A stretch of 64,000 nucleotides of DNA from Eledone cirrhosa (GCA_964016885.1 OZ024740.1:367474001-367538000), one strand, 5' to 3'; numbered from the stretch's first letter, positions 29,403-42,869 are shown. The notes: a model not told the origin generated them from the letters alone. Numbers and translations are program-made.

Positions 29403-30005
29403 AGAAATGAATACAAGGAGTTTAAAACCGTTAAAACATGTTTATATAACTGTGCATCTACGTATGTTTCGCCCGGAATGGGATTAACAAGGGCATGGAA
29501 AACAAAAAAAAATGATTTATATACGACCCAGGAGGGGTTTTACGGTTAAATTAACATCAGAGTTCATTCTTCGCCTACGTGCATGTGCGGTTATTGTCGC
29601 AGAGCAGGGGGAGTAATTTTGGCCGATATTTAAACAATCTAGTCCCTCTTGGTTTTTTATACCTGTTCATATGATGGTGTTTTGCATTTCTATATTATGG
29701 GTGTTGTTTCACTAGTGCCAATTCAAGTCGGGTCTGGGAAGCACATTTATTATTAAGTGGGTGTTGCTTCACTAATACTTGTTCGAGCAGGGTCTGAGAT
29801 GTACATTTGGTTCACACATGTTGGTTTATACCGCCTGCCCACCGGGGTCTTATGGTTAGGGCAGGGAGACCCAGTTTATAGTTTTCATGCCGCAGTCGCT
29901 TCCCAGGCAAAATACGACGCCTGCAATCGGTGTCTATAATTTATGACTGATTCCGCTCGGCTGTTTATGAGCTCGTGGGGTGTTCCTATGATGTAGTTCC
30001 TATGA
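29403..30005 (-). mobile_element. 3' end of another PLE family with a decayed HHR at 29452-29497; second copy of the terminus at 56825-57030
   Basis: Minus-strand YIIGTPHELINSRAESVINYRH resembles the GIY-YIG C-terminus; agaaatgaatacaaggagtttaaaaccgtta is shared with 56827. Confidence 0.6.
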
Positions 30006-30020
30006 TGTTGCTGTTTTTTG

Positions 30021-30505
30021 ATGAATGGAACAGCAACATCACAACTTACAATTAAGGACAAAATGAAAACACACACACACATAGAATAAACAACCAACCA
30101 GTAACATGTAAATAAACAAATAAATAAACAAATATAAACACACACAGACACCCGGATGTAACACATGCGCAAACTAAGCACTCAACACACACAAAAACAA
30201 GATGGCGTAGGACAGAACAAAGGACAGGCAGAAAAACAAAGAAAAGAATCCCCAGTCACTGAAGAGGTCACAGAATGTGTGACGAAAGAACCTTGACAAT
30301 ATATAAACAATCATCTGGTTGTGGAACCAACCAACCAACCGGAAATTTATAAATTCCTAAATTTATAAATTTATTATAATAAATTGAAGTGAAAGCACTG
30401 GTGCGTGTGTTTCTTATTGGCAATATGACCCTCCCAAAGTATAACAATATCGGTTTCAACACACGTTTTCAGATAAAGAATCTTGCTAAACAAATTCAGA
30501 AATGA
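30021..30505 (+). mobile_element. 3' end of the PLE family at 39716-42041, with an HHR motif at 30255-30297
   Basis: EWNSNITTYN*, then a shared 3' UTR; gtca-CTGAAGA-g-gtcaca...tgtgac-GAAA-gaac-CT-tgac. Confidence 0.85.
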
Positions 30506-30626
30506 AATATATATATATATATATATTTATATATATTTACACATATATATTTATACATATATGTACACAAATATATATATGTACATATATATATACATAT
30601 ACATATATATGCATATATATATATGC

Positions 30627-30683
<57 letters not shown>

Positions 30684-30732
30684 TAAATATTATTAGTTTA
30701 ATAAACTAATAATCTTTATGGAATACAAAAGG

Positions 30733-30783
<51 letters not shown>

Positions 30784-30784
30784 A

Positions 30785-30873
<89 letters not shown>

Positions 30874-30876
30874 TTA

Positions 30877-30932
<56 letters not shown>

Positions 30933-31467
30933 TAAGGAAAGTATATACTTTCAGACGTTCAATCATCTGGCAGGAAGGTATACGATATATACATACTACT
31001 GTTCCTCTGTATACATATATGTATGTACATGTACATAATTATATTTAAGTAACAGCCGTACTAAGAGTGAGAAATGATATTTCGTTTCACTTTTTCCATT
31101 TATCGTTTTCGGTGCGCCCGGCCGACTAACTCACTCGATATGCAAATTGGGCTGCTCAGCCGTTAATATGCAAAAGGAAAGTATATACTTTCAGACGTTC
31201 AGTCATCTTGCAGGAAGGTATACGATGCTGACGATAGCTAATAAGCTTGAAACTAGTACGTCATTCCTTTGTCAGTGTTTAACAAAAGGGAAACGATGGT
31301 TGCTAAACACTGTACGGCTTAATACGGGCTGTTCTTTTACAAACAAACCGAGCATTATAATAAATGTTCGGTAAACCCATACGTACATATATATATATGT
31401 GTGCATCTATGTATATATATACATACTACTGTACGTCTGTTTACATATATGTATGTACGTGTACATA

Positions 31468-31535
<68 letters not shown>

Positions 31536-33729
31536 AGTTAAAGGTGTATAAAGTGAAAATTGTGGTTAAGTAGAGAATGCCGCAGCAGCCCACACATCGA
31601 CGAAAATACAACCAGGTTAACAACCACAAACAAAAGTAACGACCTATTCCACGAAAGTAATATTCAATTGAATTATTTGTATCCAAGGTGAATTTGCAGA
31701 TTCATTACAGCAGAGAAATGTTTGATCTACTGGGGCGTCAGATGAAACGCCGGATGAAATAAAATAATTTTTAGTGGTTCTTTGCTTTCCTACTCCAGGA
31801 TCTTATAATAAAGTACCATTCGATTACTGAAGTTGATGATTCTCTTTCTCTCTTACTCCACTCTCTCTCTCTCTTTCTATTTCACTCTCGCTTCTTCTCC
31901 CTTTCTTACTTCATCTCTCTTTGTACCTCTCTCTTTCTTTCTCCTCTTTTTGATTAATTATTTTCTGAAGAGAAAAGCTAGCAATCTATTATCATAGAGA
32001 AAATGATATTCTACTGGAACCGTTGAACCATATGACCGGTATACAGCCCAGTTTGAATAAATACAAGTATGAATGTGATTTGATTCAGAAACGGTACAGT
32101 ACATAACAATGTTGTGACCTCTAGTTCAATTTGTGAAACTAAACTACATAAAGTCCTGCTCCCGCTTCTGGTCTTATTTCCTCGTTTTCTTCTTGTGTTA
32201 CTACAATATACGCTACGTATCGGAACCATCTCAGTCTATGTTCTTTCGATTCACTCACCTTTTATCATCTTATACACATTGTGTTCCAAAATTAGTCCCT
32301 GCAGTAAACATTATACTCATTCCTTCCACCCAGTACCATCATCGTAATTTTCCTCACCGTTTACCGTACATTTTCCATGATCGTGTTGTGGGTTAGGGGG
32401 CAGCCATATACTGAGGATAGTGTGAGTCAGTGACTACGCAATGCTGGATGGCTTTATTAATGTCAACCGTTTTAAAGGAAGTCATGCAAGCCTTTGTCAT
32501 GACACCAGCTCGATACCTTACACAGTTTACAGTGTGCCTTTCATTGTAGCACCAACATGACTACCTTAAAGAGTAACTGGGTGCTTTTTGTCGTAGAACG
32601 GGCACAACCAGCTAACAGTGCGGACTAGTTGGATTTTTGTCGTAGCACCAGCCAAGCCACTTAACAAGGTTGACTGGGTGCTTTTTAATAAATATTTATT
32701 TAATACAATAAAATACCATGGGCTCGCTCGGCGTGACGTTGATAATAGACTCATCGATGATAACAGACATGAATAAAGCAACGACATCAAAAACATCAAC
32801 AAGAATTAGAATTCCCTAAAATCCACTTAAAAAGTTGATAGCATATATGTATTTATTTCATCTACACTGGATGTTTGAAATGAAAACGTAACTTACGTTT
32901 GATAAGAAATCGGATCCTCGGGGGATATCTAACTGACAAAAATGTACCATTAAAGTACTTTCCCTCATCTATCTTTTGTGTTCCAAATAATGACATATTA
33001 TAAAAACAATCTCACCTAAATATGATAGCTATTATAAACGATTTTCAGTAAAGCTTTTGACGTTAAGTGTTCTTAGTTTTCGGAATAGCACATTTGTCAA
33101 TTAGTCTTCAGGAAAAGGAAAAATGATACATAGATATAACATATAATTTACATTATGTAGCATCTGCACTATTTATCAGTTATGCATCTCTTATGTTTAA
33201 AAAATGTAGACATAAAATACGACTAATAACATTGTTGCTTCAACTTCAGTCACCAGATATATATTACTAAAACTAAATGGCGCATCAATTCTAATTTAAG
33301 CAGCTTAAGATGATTACTACAAATGTTAGAAGCTGGTTCGCTTTTCGTTTTCTTTAACGAATTTTACGGCGTCTAAATTAGTAAGACGAGAAAGAAAACA
33401 ATATAAGAAAATAAAAATGAATGGTTAATCCATATAATCAAGATAAATATAAGACCATTTTCTTTGAGTAAAAGGAAAAATAAATAAGACACGAATAAAA
33501 AAGAATCAAAAAAAAAAATGCACTTAAAATATTCTTGTAATCAGATTTTCTTAATTAACTTTCAAAGCATATGGACACGCGGATTCTTTTTATAGTAATA
33601 CTATTTTTAATCGATGGACTAATGTGTTTATACGATTAATATATTAGATGAAGCACATTTGTAAACATTTGTTCATATCCATGCACAAATCATTGTTTGA
33701 GATCGGATTGACAGGTAACAGCATGTATG

Positions 33730-33823
<94 letters not shown>

Positions 33824-34018
33824 CATATATATATATACATATATATACATATATATATATACATATATATACATACATATATATATACATATATATATAT
33901 ATACATATATATATATACATATATATACATATATATATGCATATATATATACATATATATATATATATATGTATATAGATATATATAGATATGTTTATAC
34001 ATATATATGTATATATAT

Positions 34019-34643
34019 ATATAATTGAATAAACAAGAAAGATGAACATACATGCGTTCCAATCGTAAGGACCAAATTTGCTAGGCTGAAAAAATACTAA
34101 CTACACAAATATAGTTTGTTATCCTTAACTTTAAATATTAAAATAACATACCCATATTGGGCAAAAATGCCTGGTAAAAACTAGACAGTTTTGGAGACAG
34201 TTTCGCAACGACTTATTAAGTGAAGTTCTCACGTTTCTCTGCTCATCAGTAGTTGTTGAGAAATTAGTGATCTTTTCACTTCTAAAAATAGTTGAGAATG
34301 AATTGTGTACGATATGAATTATCGCACGTGTCATTCGTAACACAGCTTGTCTCGAAATTCCCTGCCGATAACAATAGTAGCCTGGCTGACAGGACAATAA
34401 AAATTAGCCCTACATGATGGAGCCGACAAATATATATTGAGTTAAGAACTCAGGGTAGTCTCTTACAATTAAATAGCTCTAAGAGAAAAGCTTTTCCGAG
34501 CCGTACAATATAATTGAATAAACATGAAAGATGAACACTAATATAAACATACATGTGTTCGAATCGTAAGGACCAAATTTGATAGGGTGAAAAAATACTA
34601 ACTACAGCAATATAGTTTGTTATCCTTAAATTTAAATATTAAA
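34019..34643 (-). mobile_element. ORF-less ~489-bp unit with a ~130-bp terminal direct repeat and one HHR
   Basis: ataattgaataaaca.gaaagatgaaca...tttaaatattaaa at 34021 and 34510. Confidence 0.7.
34179..34254 (-). ncRNA. Type I hammerhead ribozyme with a GUC cleavage triplet
   Basis: aacta-CTGATGA-gca...tgc-GAAA-ctgt...actg-TC-tagtt. Confidence 0.8.
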
Positions 34644-34832
34644 TTAAGAAAAATTAAGAAAATAAATATATATATATGCATATATAGTAAAATTAACGGA
34701 GCAAAGGACTATATATGTATATATATATATATATATATATTCTGAGTATATGTTCGTTGTTTACCGACACCTCATGCAGATTGGAGCACTCCACGAAGTA
34801 CGCAGGTTGGTTTGGTTACTCCGGAGTAATGT

Positions 34833-35528
34833 AAAATAAAGTAATTAAGTCAAATATTTAAAATTTGGCTTCGTTTATTAAAGATGTACTGCTGTATATA
34901 TTTCGATGACAGTCATCATTGGCTGTGACCTCTTCAGGCAGTCCGAATTGGTGTGGTAGAGACAGGTACACATGTTGTTAAAGTGTTTTACTCCGTCAAT
35001 ACTCCGATATGTCCAGCTCCTGGTTGGGTTGTTATTTCTCTGAGGAACTGGAATCATATGAATTCGAACAAACGAATTTCGGCATCATAGGACACTCCCT
35101 CCTCCAATTGGTCATTTGTGAGAACATTCCTCAGTCAAAAGTCTATATAAATTTTTTTCCGAGGCAAGACAACTACAACAGATTGTCTTGGCTCGGAAAA
35201 AGAAAAAAATTTCTATAGACTTTTGACTGAGGAATCTTCTCACAAATGACCAATTGGAGGACGGAGTGTCCTATGATGCCGAAATTCGTTTGTTCGAATT
35301 CATATTATTCCAGTTCCTCAGAGAAATAACAATCCAACCAGGAGCTGGACATATCACAGCATTAACGGAGTAAAACGCATTAATAACATGTGTACCTGTC
35401 TCTACCACACCAATTCGGACCGCCTGAAGAGTTCACAGCCAATGATGACTGTCACCGAAATATATATAGCAGTACATCTTTAATAAAGGAAGCCAGATTT
35501 TAAATATTTGACTTAATTACTTTATTTC
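34833..35528. repeat. ~700-bp palindrome; each arm carries an HHR (minus 34888-34942, plus 35419-35473)
   Basis: Arms of about 340 bp; consensus actgc-CTGAAGA-ggtcacag...ctgtcacc-GAAA-tatata-TA-gcagt, with different lesions in each arm. Confidence 0.88.
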
Positions 35529-35551
35529 CTATATATATATATATATTTATA

Positions 35552-36020
35552 TATATGAAAGACGTAAAATAAGAAAATTATAACAATTAACTTACTTACT
35601 AAAATTTCACTCCAACTAATTATTTTCTGAAAGGGAATAAACATGGTTTCCGAATGGAAAGCACGGAGAAACCTTTCGTCATCAGGAGGTTCGTTCTCAG
35701 CTAAGTTACCAGGCGATGCGTGGACACAGGGAACTTATACAAAAATAATTCAGTGGATGGAAAAAAGCAAGCGTGGACTAAATTCAAAGAAATTGAAAAA
35801 ATCACTTTTTTCCATCCACTGAATTCTTTTTGTATAAGTTCCCTGTGTCCACGCATCACCTGGTACCTTATCTGAGAACGAACTTCCTGATGACGAAAGG
35901 TTTCTCCATGCTTTCCATTCGGAAACCATGTTTATTCCCTTTCGGAAACTAATTAGTTGGAGTGTAAGTTTAGTAAGTAAGTTAATTTTTATAATTTTCT
36001 TATTTTACGTCTTTCATATA
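35552..36020. repeat. ~470-bp palindrome; each arm carries an HHR
   Basis: 35552-35767 is the reverse complement of 35805-36020. Confidence 0.88.
35882..35963 (+). ncRNA. Intact type I hammerhead ribozyme with extended helix II
   Basis: acttc-CTGATGA-cgaaagg-(inner hairpin tttcc/ggaaa)-cctttcg-GAAA-ctaattag-TT-ggagt; mutated mirror copy at 35609-35690. Confidence 0.85.
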
Positions 36021-36163
36021 ATTGTTCTGCATCCCCTTGCATTGAACCACAAAGTTACTAAGACAAACCTATATATTTGCTAGCATAGGTATGCATCTGT
36101 ATATATATATATGTTGGTAGATATATTAATTCTTTATATTTATATATATATATATATATATAT

Positions 36164-36760
36164 AGTTTTAATATAGAAAAGCTTCTACAGGACTAAAACT
36201 GTTTCATTCGTGAGAAATCATCAGGGAGCTGGCTGTCCAAGTAACTAGTGGTATTTATATCTTTTCTTTTCTGGTGGTAGGAAAGGGTGGGGATTGGGAT
36301 GGGTGGAAGTCATTTGTTGAACGATTTAAAGAAAAGCTAATTCTTTAAAGCTATAGTATTAACAAAGGCAGGAAGAATACTGTAAACCAAATCATATTTG
36401 GAATACCAATCCTAGTTTATCACTTAGACTAACAATGCCTGTAAGACAGGTGTCTACAGGATGGGTGGGGTTCAATGGTTTAATGAAAAGGGAAATTATT
36501 TAGAAGCTAATTCTTTCAGGCTGGAATAAGGGTGACAAAGGCAGAAAGAGTTCCATCAACAGATTCAAGTGTTGGGGTGATTCACCTTATTGTGAAGTTT
36601 CTCTTAAATCCTTCAACAAGGTGTCGACAAGCACATTCACACACTCACCCACTTACACACGTACACACACATACACGCACGCACACACAGGCAGGCACAC
36701 ACACACAACAAACATACATAATGGTACATGCACACATACACATATACATATATATACACA
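36164..36760 (-). repeat. PLE-type 3' segment with an HHR at 36180-36230; inverted homolog at 45560-46240
   Basis: Identical spurious [16 protein letters not shown]... on opposite strands; agctcc-CTGATGA-tttctcacgaat-GAAA-cag...ctg-TA-gaagct. Confidence 0.85.
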
Positions 36761-36823
36761 TATATATACACATACATTCAAATATGTGTACATACATACG
36801 CACACACACACACACATAGATAT

Positions 36824-36908
<85 letters not shown>

Positions 36909-36929
36909 TTTATTAAAATAACAGATTAA

Positions 36930-36980
36930 AGTTTAAGCAAAGAATCGGTGCTTTCACCCTTAACGGGATCTTCTGAAACT
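36930..36980 (-). ncRNA. Hammerhead motif with a U4A core change
   Basis: agttt-CAGAAGA-t-ccc-gttaa-ggg-t-GAAA-gca...tgc-TT-aaact. Confidence 0.65.
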
Positions 36981-37719
36981 AACAAAGTCAATCTGTAAAC
37001 GCAGAGCTGGATATTTCAAAAAACGTTGCAACCGGAGAAAGACAGGAAGACGATACTTTGGTTCGTGGAAACGTTCGCTGGCAAAGAACGGGAAAAAACG
37101 AATAATACGTCATTAATAGGAGCGGTGAAAAACAATTACGCGCAAAGACAGAACCACGTTTATGGTATAAACGAGGTCGTAGACTAATGTTCTCTTAGGT
37201 GGTGCATAGAGACGTTCTCTGGCACTGAACGAAAAAACGAAGATAATACGTCATATGTGGAGCATGGGGAACAATAGCACGCCAAGACAAAACCACGTAA
37301 ATGGTATAGCAGAAGTCGTAGACTAAAATTCTAACTGGGAGACCAAATGAATCTCCGCTACAGAGTTAAGAACAAAGTAAATAAATACAATACAGAAGTA
37401 ATAGAAATAAATAAATACATGCACGCAAACAAATACGTACATACACAATCATACGCAAAACCTTACCATAGGTATACAAAACCACGCACATATAAATATG
37501 TGTGTGTGTGTATGCGTGTATACAAATAAATAAATAATTATATAAACGTATAAGAATAAATAAATACGTATATAACAAGCGCACACACATACCTACATAT
37601 AAATACACGAATGTTCGGAGACGTAAGTCAACTAAAACAAGAAGTACACATATACACACACCCACCATACGTACGAACCTGCATACTCACACAGACGCAA
37701 AACTCTCCGTATACACATA

Positions 37720-37799
<80 letters not shown>

Positions 37800-37801
<2 letters not shown>

Positions 37802-38100
37802 GGTAAATATCTTTAAGTCGTTTGGAAGCCTCGACAATGCAAATGGGTAAATCTCCGGGTAACAAGATCCGGTGGTGGAGAGAGAGATGTAAGTGGGAGT
37901 ACGTTCAGATGCGTGGTGTGTATAATAGCTGTAGAGGAATGAAGGAAAGAGTATAAAGGATAAAATTAAAATAACAACACATCTCCACCACCGGATCTTG
38001 TTACCCGGAGATTTACCCATTTGCATTGTCGAGGCTTCTAAACGACTTAAAGATATTTACCTATTATTCCACAATGCTTCAAGCAAACTTCAATACTCTC
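37800..38100. repeat. Inverted repeat (~83-bp arms) of a terminal family also seen at 38890-38985 (minus) and 39260-39390 (plus)
   Basis: 37800-37882 mirrors 37981-38064; shared end cttcaagcaaac.tcaatactctc followed by (TA)n. Confidence 0.8.
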
Positions 38101-38106
38101 ATATAT

Positions 38107-38297
38107 ATATTTCGTTATATATATTTCAGGGATAATATGATATCCCTGAAATATATATAACGAAATAAATATGGTTTTATAAATATAGTTTCCATTTATT
38201 TAATATCATAAATATACTCCAAATACTTGTTGAGTGCTTTTATATCAGTTATAAATATTTACTCGTTGTTAACCCAACAATTTAAATATAACTTTCC

Positions 38298-38300
<3 letters not shown>
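38107..38300 (+). repeat. Solo YRDD-PLE terminus with a small inverted HHR 3' half
   Basis: Matches 14410-14565 and 20497-20630; palindrome tatttcgttatatatatttcagggat / atccctgaaatatatataacgaaata. Confidence 0.75.
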
Positions 38301-38381
<81 letters not shown>

Positions 38382-38499
38382 ATATATACATATATACATA
38401 TATCTATATATACACACGCACGCTCTCATGCATACACACGCATACACACATTCAAACATACAATTATACATACATATATACACACATACGCATATATAT

Positions 38500-38532
<33 letters not shown>

Positions 38533-38591
38533 CATGTATACATATATATATATATATATATATATCTATATATATATTATTTTATAGAAGG

Positions 38592-38642
38592 AGCTTCTAC
38601 AGGACTAGTACTGTTTCATTCAGATGAAATCTTCAGGAAGCT
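38592..38642 (-). ncRNA. Intact type I hammerhead ribozyme followed by an inverted partial copy
   Basis: agcttc-CTGAAGA-tttcatctgaat-GAAA-cag-tactagtc-ctg-TA-gaagct. Confidence 0.85.
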
Positions 38643-38758
38643 GAATGAAACAGTACTAGTCCTGTAGAAGTTTCTTCTATGAAATAATTTTTTTTTACTC
38701 TGCCATGTATTGAGTAACTTACTTACTGTGGTTATCCCCGACTCAACCCGGGACCTAC

Positions 38759-38799
<41 letters not shown>

Positions 38800-38844
38800 C
38801 ACATACATACTCACACACGTGCATACACACACATATATAAACAC

Positions 38845-38875
<31 letters not shown>

Positions 38876-38983
38876 CATATATATATAAATATAAGAGAGT
38901 ATTGATGTTTGGTTGAGACATTGTGATATAATAATTCCTTTTTTCGGGGGGTCGTTTCGGAGGTCTAAACAATGCAGATGGGT

Positions 38984-39049
<66 letters not shown>

Positions 39050-39546
39050 GGCCGCGGACAACAGAGGCCACGTACCGTTCCTCTCCGACAGATAACTGTC
39101 CCCCCCCCCCGGAAAACCTCCCAGTTGATGGATGCGAATCTAAAATATAGGGACAATTAAATCTCTCCCAAGCTAACTCTATATCGTGTTATTTTTATTA
39201 TTTACGCGCTTTCCTACCTTCCTCTACACCCTATACATCTTATTCTACATTTCCTCTTATATCTCTTTCTTCACCACCGGATTCTGTTACCCCGAGATTT
39301 ACCCACCTGCTGTGTTGAGACTTCCAAAACGAGCAAAAAAAAAAGAATTATTATATTATAAAGCTTCAAGCAAACATCAATACTCTCTTATATATATATA
39401 TATGTATATATATATGTATATATGTATAAATGTATAAATGTATATATGTATATATATGTGGTTATATAGTGTGTCTATGTGTGTATGTGTCTGTGTATGT
39501 ATATATATGTATATGTGGTTATATATGTGTTTATATATATATATGT

Positions 39547-39610
<64 letters not shown>

Positions 39611-39715
39611 ATGTATGTATATATACGCGCATATGTGTGTATATATGTATGTATAATTGTACGTTTGAATGTGTGTATGCGTGTGTATGCATGAGAGCTT
39701 GTGTGTGTATATATA

Positions 39716-41636
39716 GATATGATCATACGCCCCATCATTGAGATTTCCCCAGATGTATGTGACAGCACGGAGGACCTCCTCAGCAGAATCGGCGCGGGTA
39801 ACCGATCTGGGGACCTAACAAACTGCATAATAGGCAGTATGGATGTTGTGTCCCTGTATCCATCTATTGACGTGGATTTTGCTGTGGAGAAATGCGTAGA
39901 AATGATCAGCGAGAGCAAGGTTGAGTTCCGTGGGATTGATACCAGTGAGCTGGGACTTCTACTTAAGCTTACCCATAGTAATAGTTACCTAGACACTTAT
40001 GACCTTAGCAACCTGTGCCCTACAAGACCAGCAAGAGGCAGACCACCTACCATTACCTCAATGGCCAAGAAAACCCACACAGATAGATGGAACGGGTGGA
40101 CCAGAGCCATACGGACACCCGAAAACCACGATGAACTGAAGAAAATGATTGCACATGCGGTAGGGGCCAGCATAAAATTAACCCTTAAGGAACATATGTT
40201 CAAATTTAATGGTAAAACAAATGCCCAAGAGGAAGGAGCAGCCATTGGTGTTAGCATTGCAGGCGACATAACTAACTTATTCATGGTATGGTGGGAGAGT
40301 AGACTTAAACAAAAACTTAAACAACAATTAGAAGACAGCTTAACCCTGATTATGTACTCCCGCTACGTAGATGATATAAACATTGTAGTTAAGACACCCC
40401 CACTAAAGAACAGTCAGGAACTAGAGAAAAACACAATGGAAAGCATCCAGCAAATAGCAAACTCCATCCACCAGAGCATTAGAGTTACTATAGACTACCC
40501 AAGTAGACACCCCAACCATCGATTACCTGTACTAGACACAGAGCTCTGGTTAGATACCATTAACAACCAAAAACAAGTCCTCCATTCCCATTATGCCAAA
40601 CCCATGACTTCCAAACATCTGATCCACCGAAACTCGGTCATTTCGGACCATACCAAAATCAACATACTGATTGCGGATTTGGTACGGGTGATGAGAAATG
40701 TGTCCCGCATGTGCAACCCCGAATAACTAGAGAGACACATACAACACTTCATCCACCGTATGCAGTTCTCTGGCTACAATCAGAGAGATAGAATCAGAGT
40801 GTATAGAGGAGCCAGAACCAAATGGGAAAAAATGGTAAATAATGACATAAATGGGACCTGCCCCTTGTATAGGAGCAAATTTTGGAATAGAATAGAAAGA
40901 ACTAGGAACAAGGCCAATAGAATAAACTCATGGTATGATAGCAATAAATACCAGAGTGTAATGTTCATCAATACAACCCCTAGAGGCGAACTAGCCTACA
41001 AATTTAGAAGGGCCCTAAATAAACATAAACTCAATATTATGATAGTAGAAAGACCAGGTACCTCCGTAAAAACACTTATTAGCAAGACATACCCGTTCCA
41101 AAGACCCTCATGTATAGATAAGAAATGTATAACCTGTAAAATAAGCCCCCATATTAACTGTAAAACTAGAAATGTAGTGTATAGCATAAGATGTACTGAA
41201 GGACAATGTAGAAACAAAAATATAGTGTACATAGGTGAGACAGCTCGTAGTATAGGGGAACGAATAAATGAACACTGGCGAGACCTCCAAGATAATAAAG
41301 AATCATCTGTGCTCTACCAACATGCTAAGATAGAACACAGGGGTAGATTAGAGAACATAGAAATAAAAATAGAATCCACACACAGAAAAGACGCAATGTT
41401 TAGGCAAATTACAGAGGCAGTAAGCATAAAAGAATTACAACCAAAATTAAATAGAAAATATGAGTGGAACAGCAATATCACAACTTACAATTAAGGACAA
41501 ATTGAAAACACACACAGGACAAAATGAAAACACACACACACATAGAACAAACAACTTACAATTAAGGACAAAATGAAAACACACACAGGACAAAATGAAA
41601 ACACACACACACATAGAACAAACAACCAACCAACAA

Positions 41637-41667
<31 letters not shown>

Positions 41668-42041
41668 AAAAATAAAACAATAGATAAATGAACACAAACA
41701 CACACAGACACCCGGATGTGGCGCATGCGCAAACTGAGCACACAACACACACACAGAAACAAAATGGCGTAGGATAGAAGAAAGGAAAGGCACAGAAACA
41801 AAGAAAGGAATCCCCAGTCACTGAAGAGGTCACAGAGTGTGTGACGAAAGGACTATGACTATATATAAGCAACTATCTGGTTGTGGAACCAACCAACCAA
41901 CCAGAAATTTATAAGTTTGTAGATTTGTAAATTTATAAATTTATAAATATATAATAAATTGAAGTGAAAGCAACTGGTGCGTGTGTTTCTTATTGGCGTG
42001 TGTTTCTTATTGGCAACATGACCCTCCCAAAGTATAACAAT
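39716..42041 (+). mobile_element. 5'-truncated PLE (YVDD-type; Nematis-like, tentative), RT plus GIY-YIG with one premature stop
   Basis: ORFs 39701-40726 and 40760-41494 are in frame: SMDVVSLYPSI, GAAIG, RYVDD, LPVLD, MQFSGY, NVVYSIRC...YIGETARSIGERINEH. Confidence 0.92.
41816..41860 (+). ncRNA. Minimal type I hammerhead ribozyme in the PLE 3' UTR
   Basis: agtca-CTGAAGA-g-gtcaca-gagtg-tgtgac-GAAA-ggac-TA-tgact. Confidence 0.85.
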
Positions 42042-42071
42042 ATATATGTATATATATATATATTTATTTAT

Positions 42072-42122
<51 letters not shown>

Positions 42123-42147
42123 TATATTTAAACATATATAAATATAC

Positions 42148-42262
<115 letters not shown>

Positions 42263-42469
42263 GGGGGGGTATGTATGTACACATATTTGTATGTATGTGT
42301 ATATATATATGTGTATATTTTTGTATATGTGTATGTATGTATGTACCATTATGTATGTTTGTTGTGCGTGTGTGTACCTACCTGTGTGTGCGTGTATGTG
42401 TGTGTATGTGTGTAAGTGGGTGAGTGTGTGAATTTCCTTGTCGACACCTGGAATATAAATTAACAGAAA

Positions 42470-42632
42470 GTTCAGTAAAGAGATTCTTCAGGTGATGTAA
42501 AATGTACAGGCCCAGGAGGTCGCTTATTTCAGCCGAATCACTCGCTCCCAAGCTGACGTCAAATGGGGTCTGAGACTTCTTATTGATCCAGTAAGATCCC
42601 TCGTGGTGTAGGAAGGTCTTACGGACACGGAT
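42470..42632 (-). pseudogene. Inverted fragment of YRDD-type PLE RT
   Basis: [39 protein letters not shown] mirrors 42900-43060. Confidence 0.8.
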
Positions 42633-42681
42633 GCATATATACACGTGCGTTTATATGTATTTAAGTGTATGCGTATGTGTG

Positions 42682-42780
<99 letters not shown>

Positions 42781-42869
42781 ATATATATATACATACACAC
42801 TCATATTCATACACGTAAATACATATAAACGCACGTACACACAAACATACGCATACAATCGTACGGCCA

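Noticed and set aside
29852-29863. tggttagggc resembling the pistol ribozyme
   Set aside because: The required P1 stem and downstream pseudoknot partner are absent.
30930-31230. 55-bp duplicated segment with (C/A)AGATGA...GAAA-gtatatac-TT on the minus strand, plus a nearby ATGCAAAT octamer
   Set aside because: Core is mutated, helices I and II do not pair, and no snRNA body is recognisable.
31688-31762. Possible terminal exon VNLQIHYSREMFDLLGRQMKRRMK
   Set aside because: Short, weak acceptor, no recognisable homology or partner exons.
32520-32690. Short spaced repeats (gtgcttttt/gtcgtagcacc) resembling a CRISPR array
   Set aside because: Degenerate, only three or four units, eukaryotic context and no cas genes.
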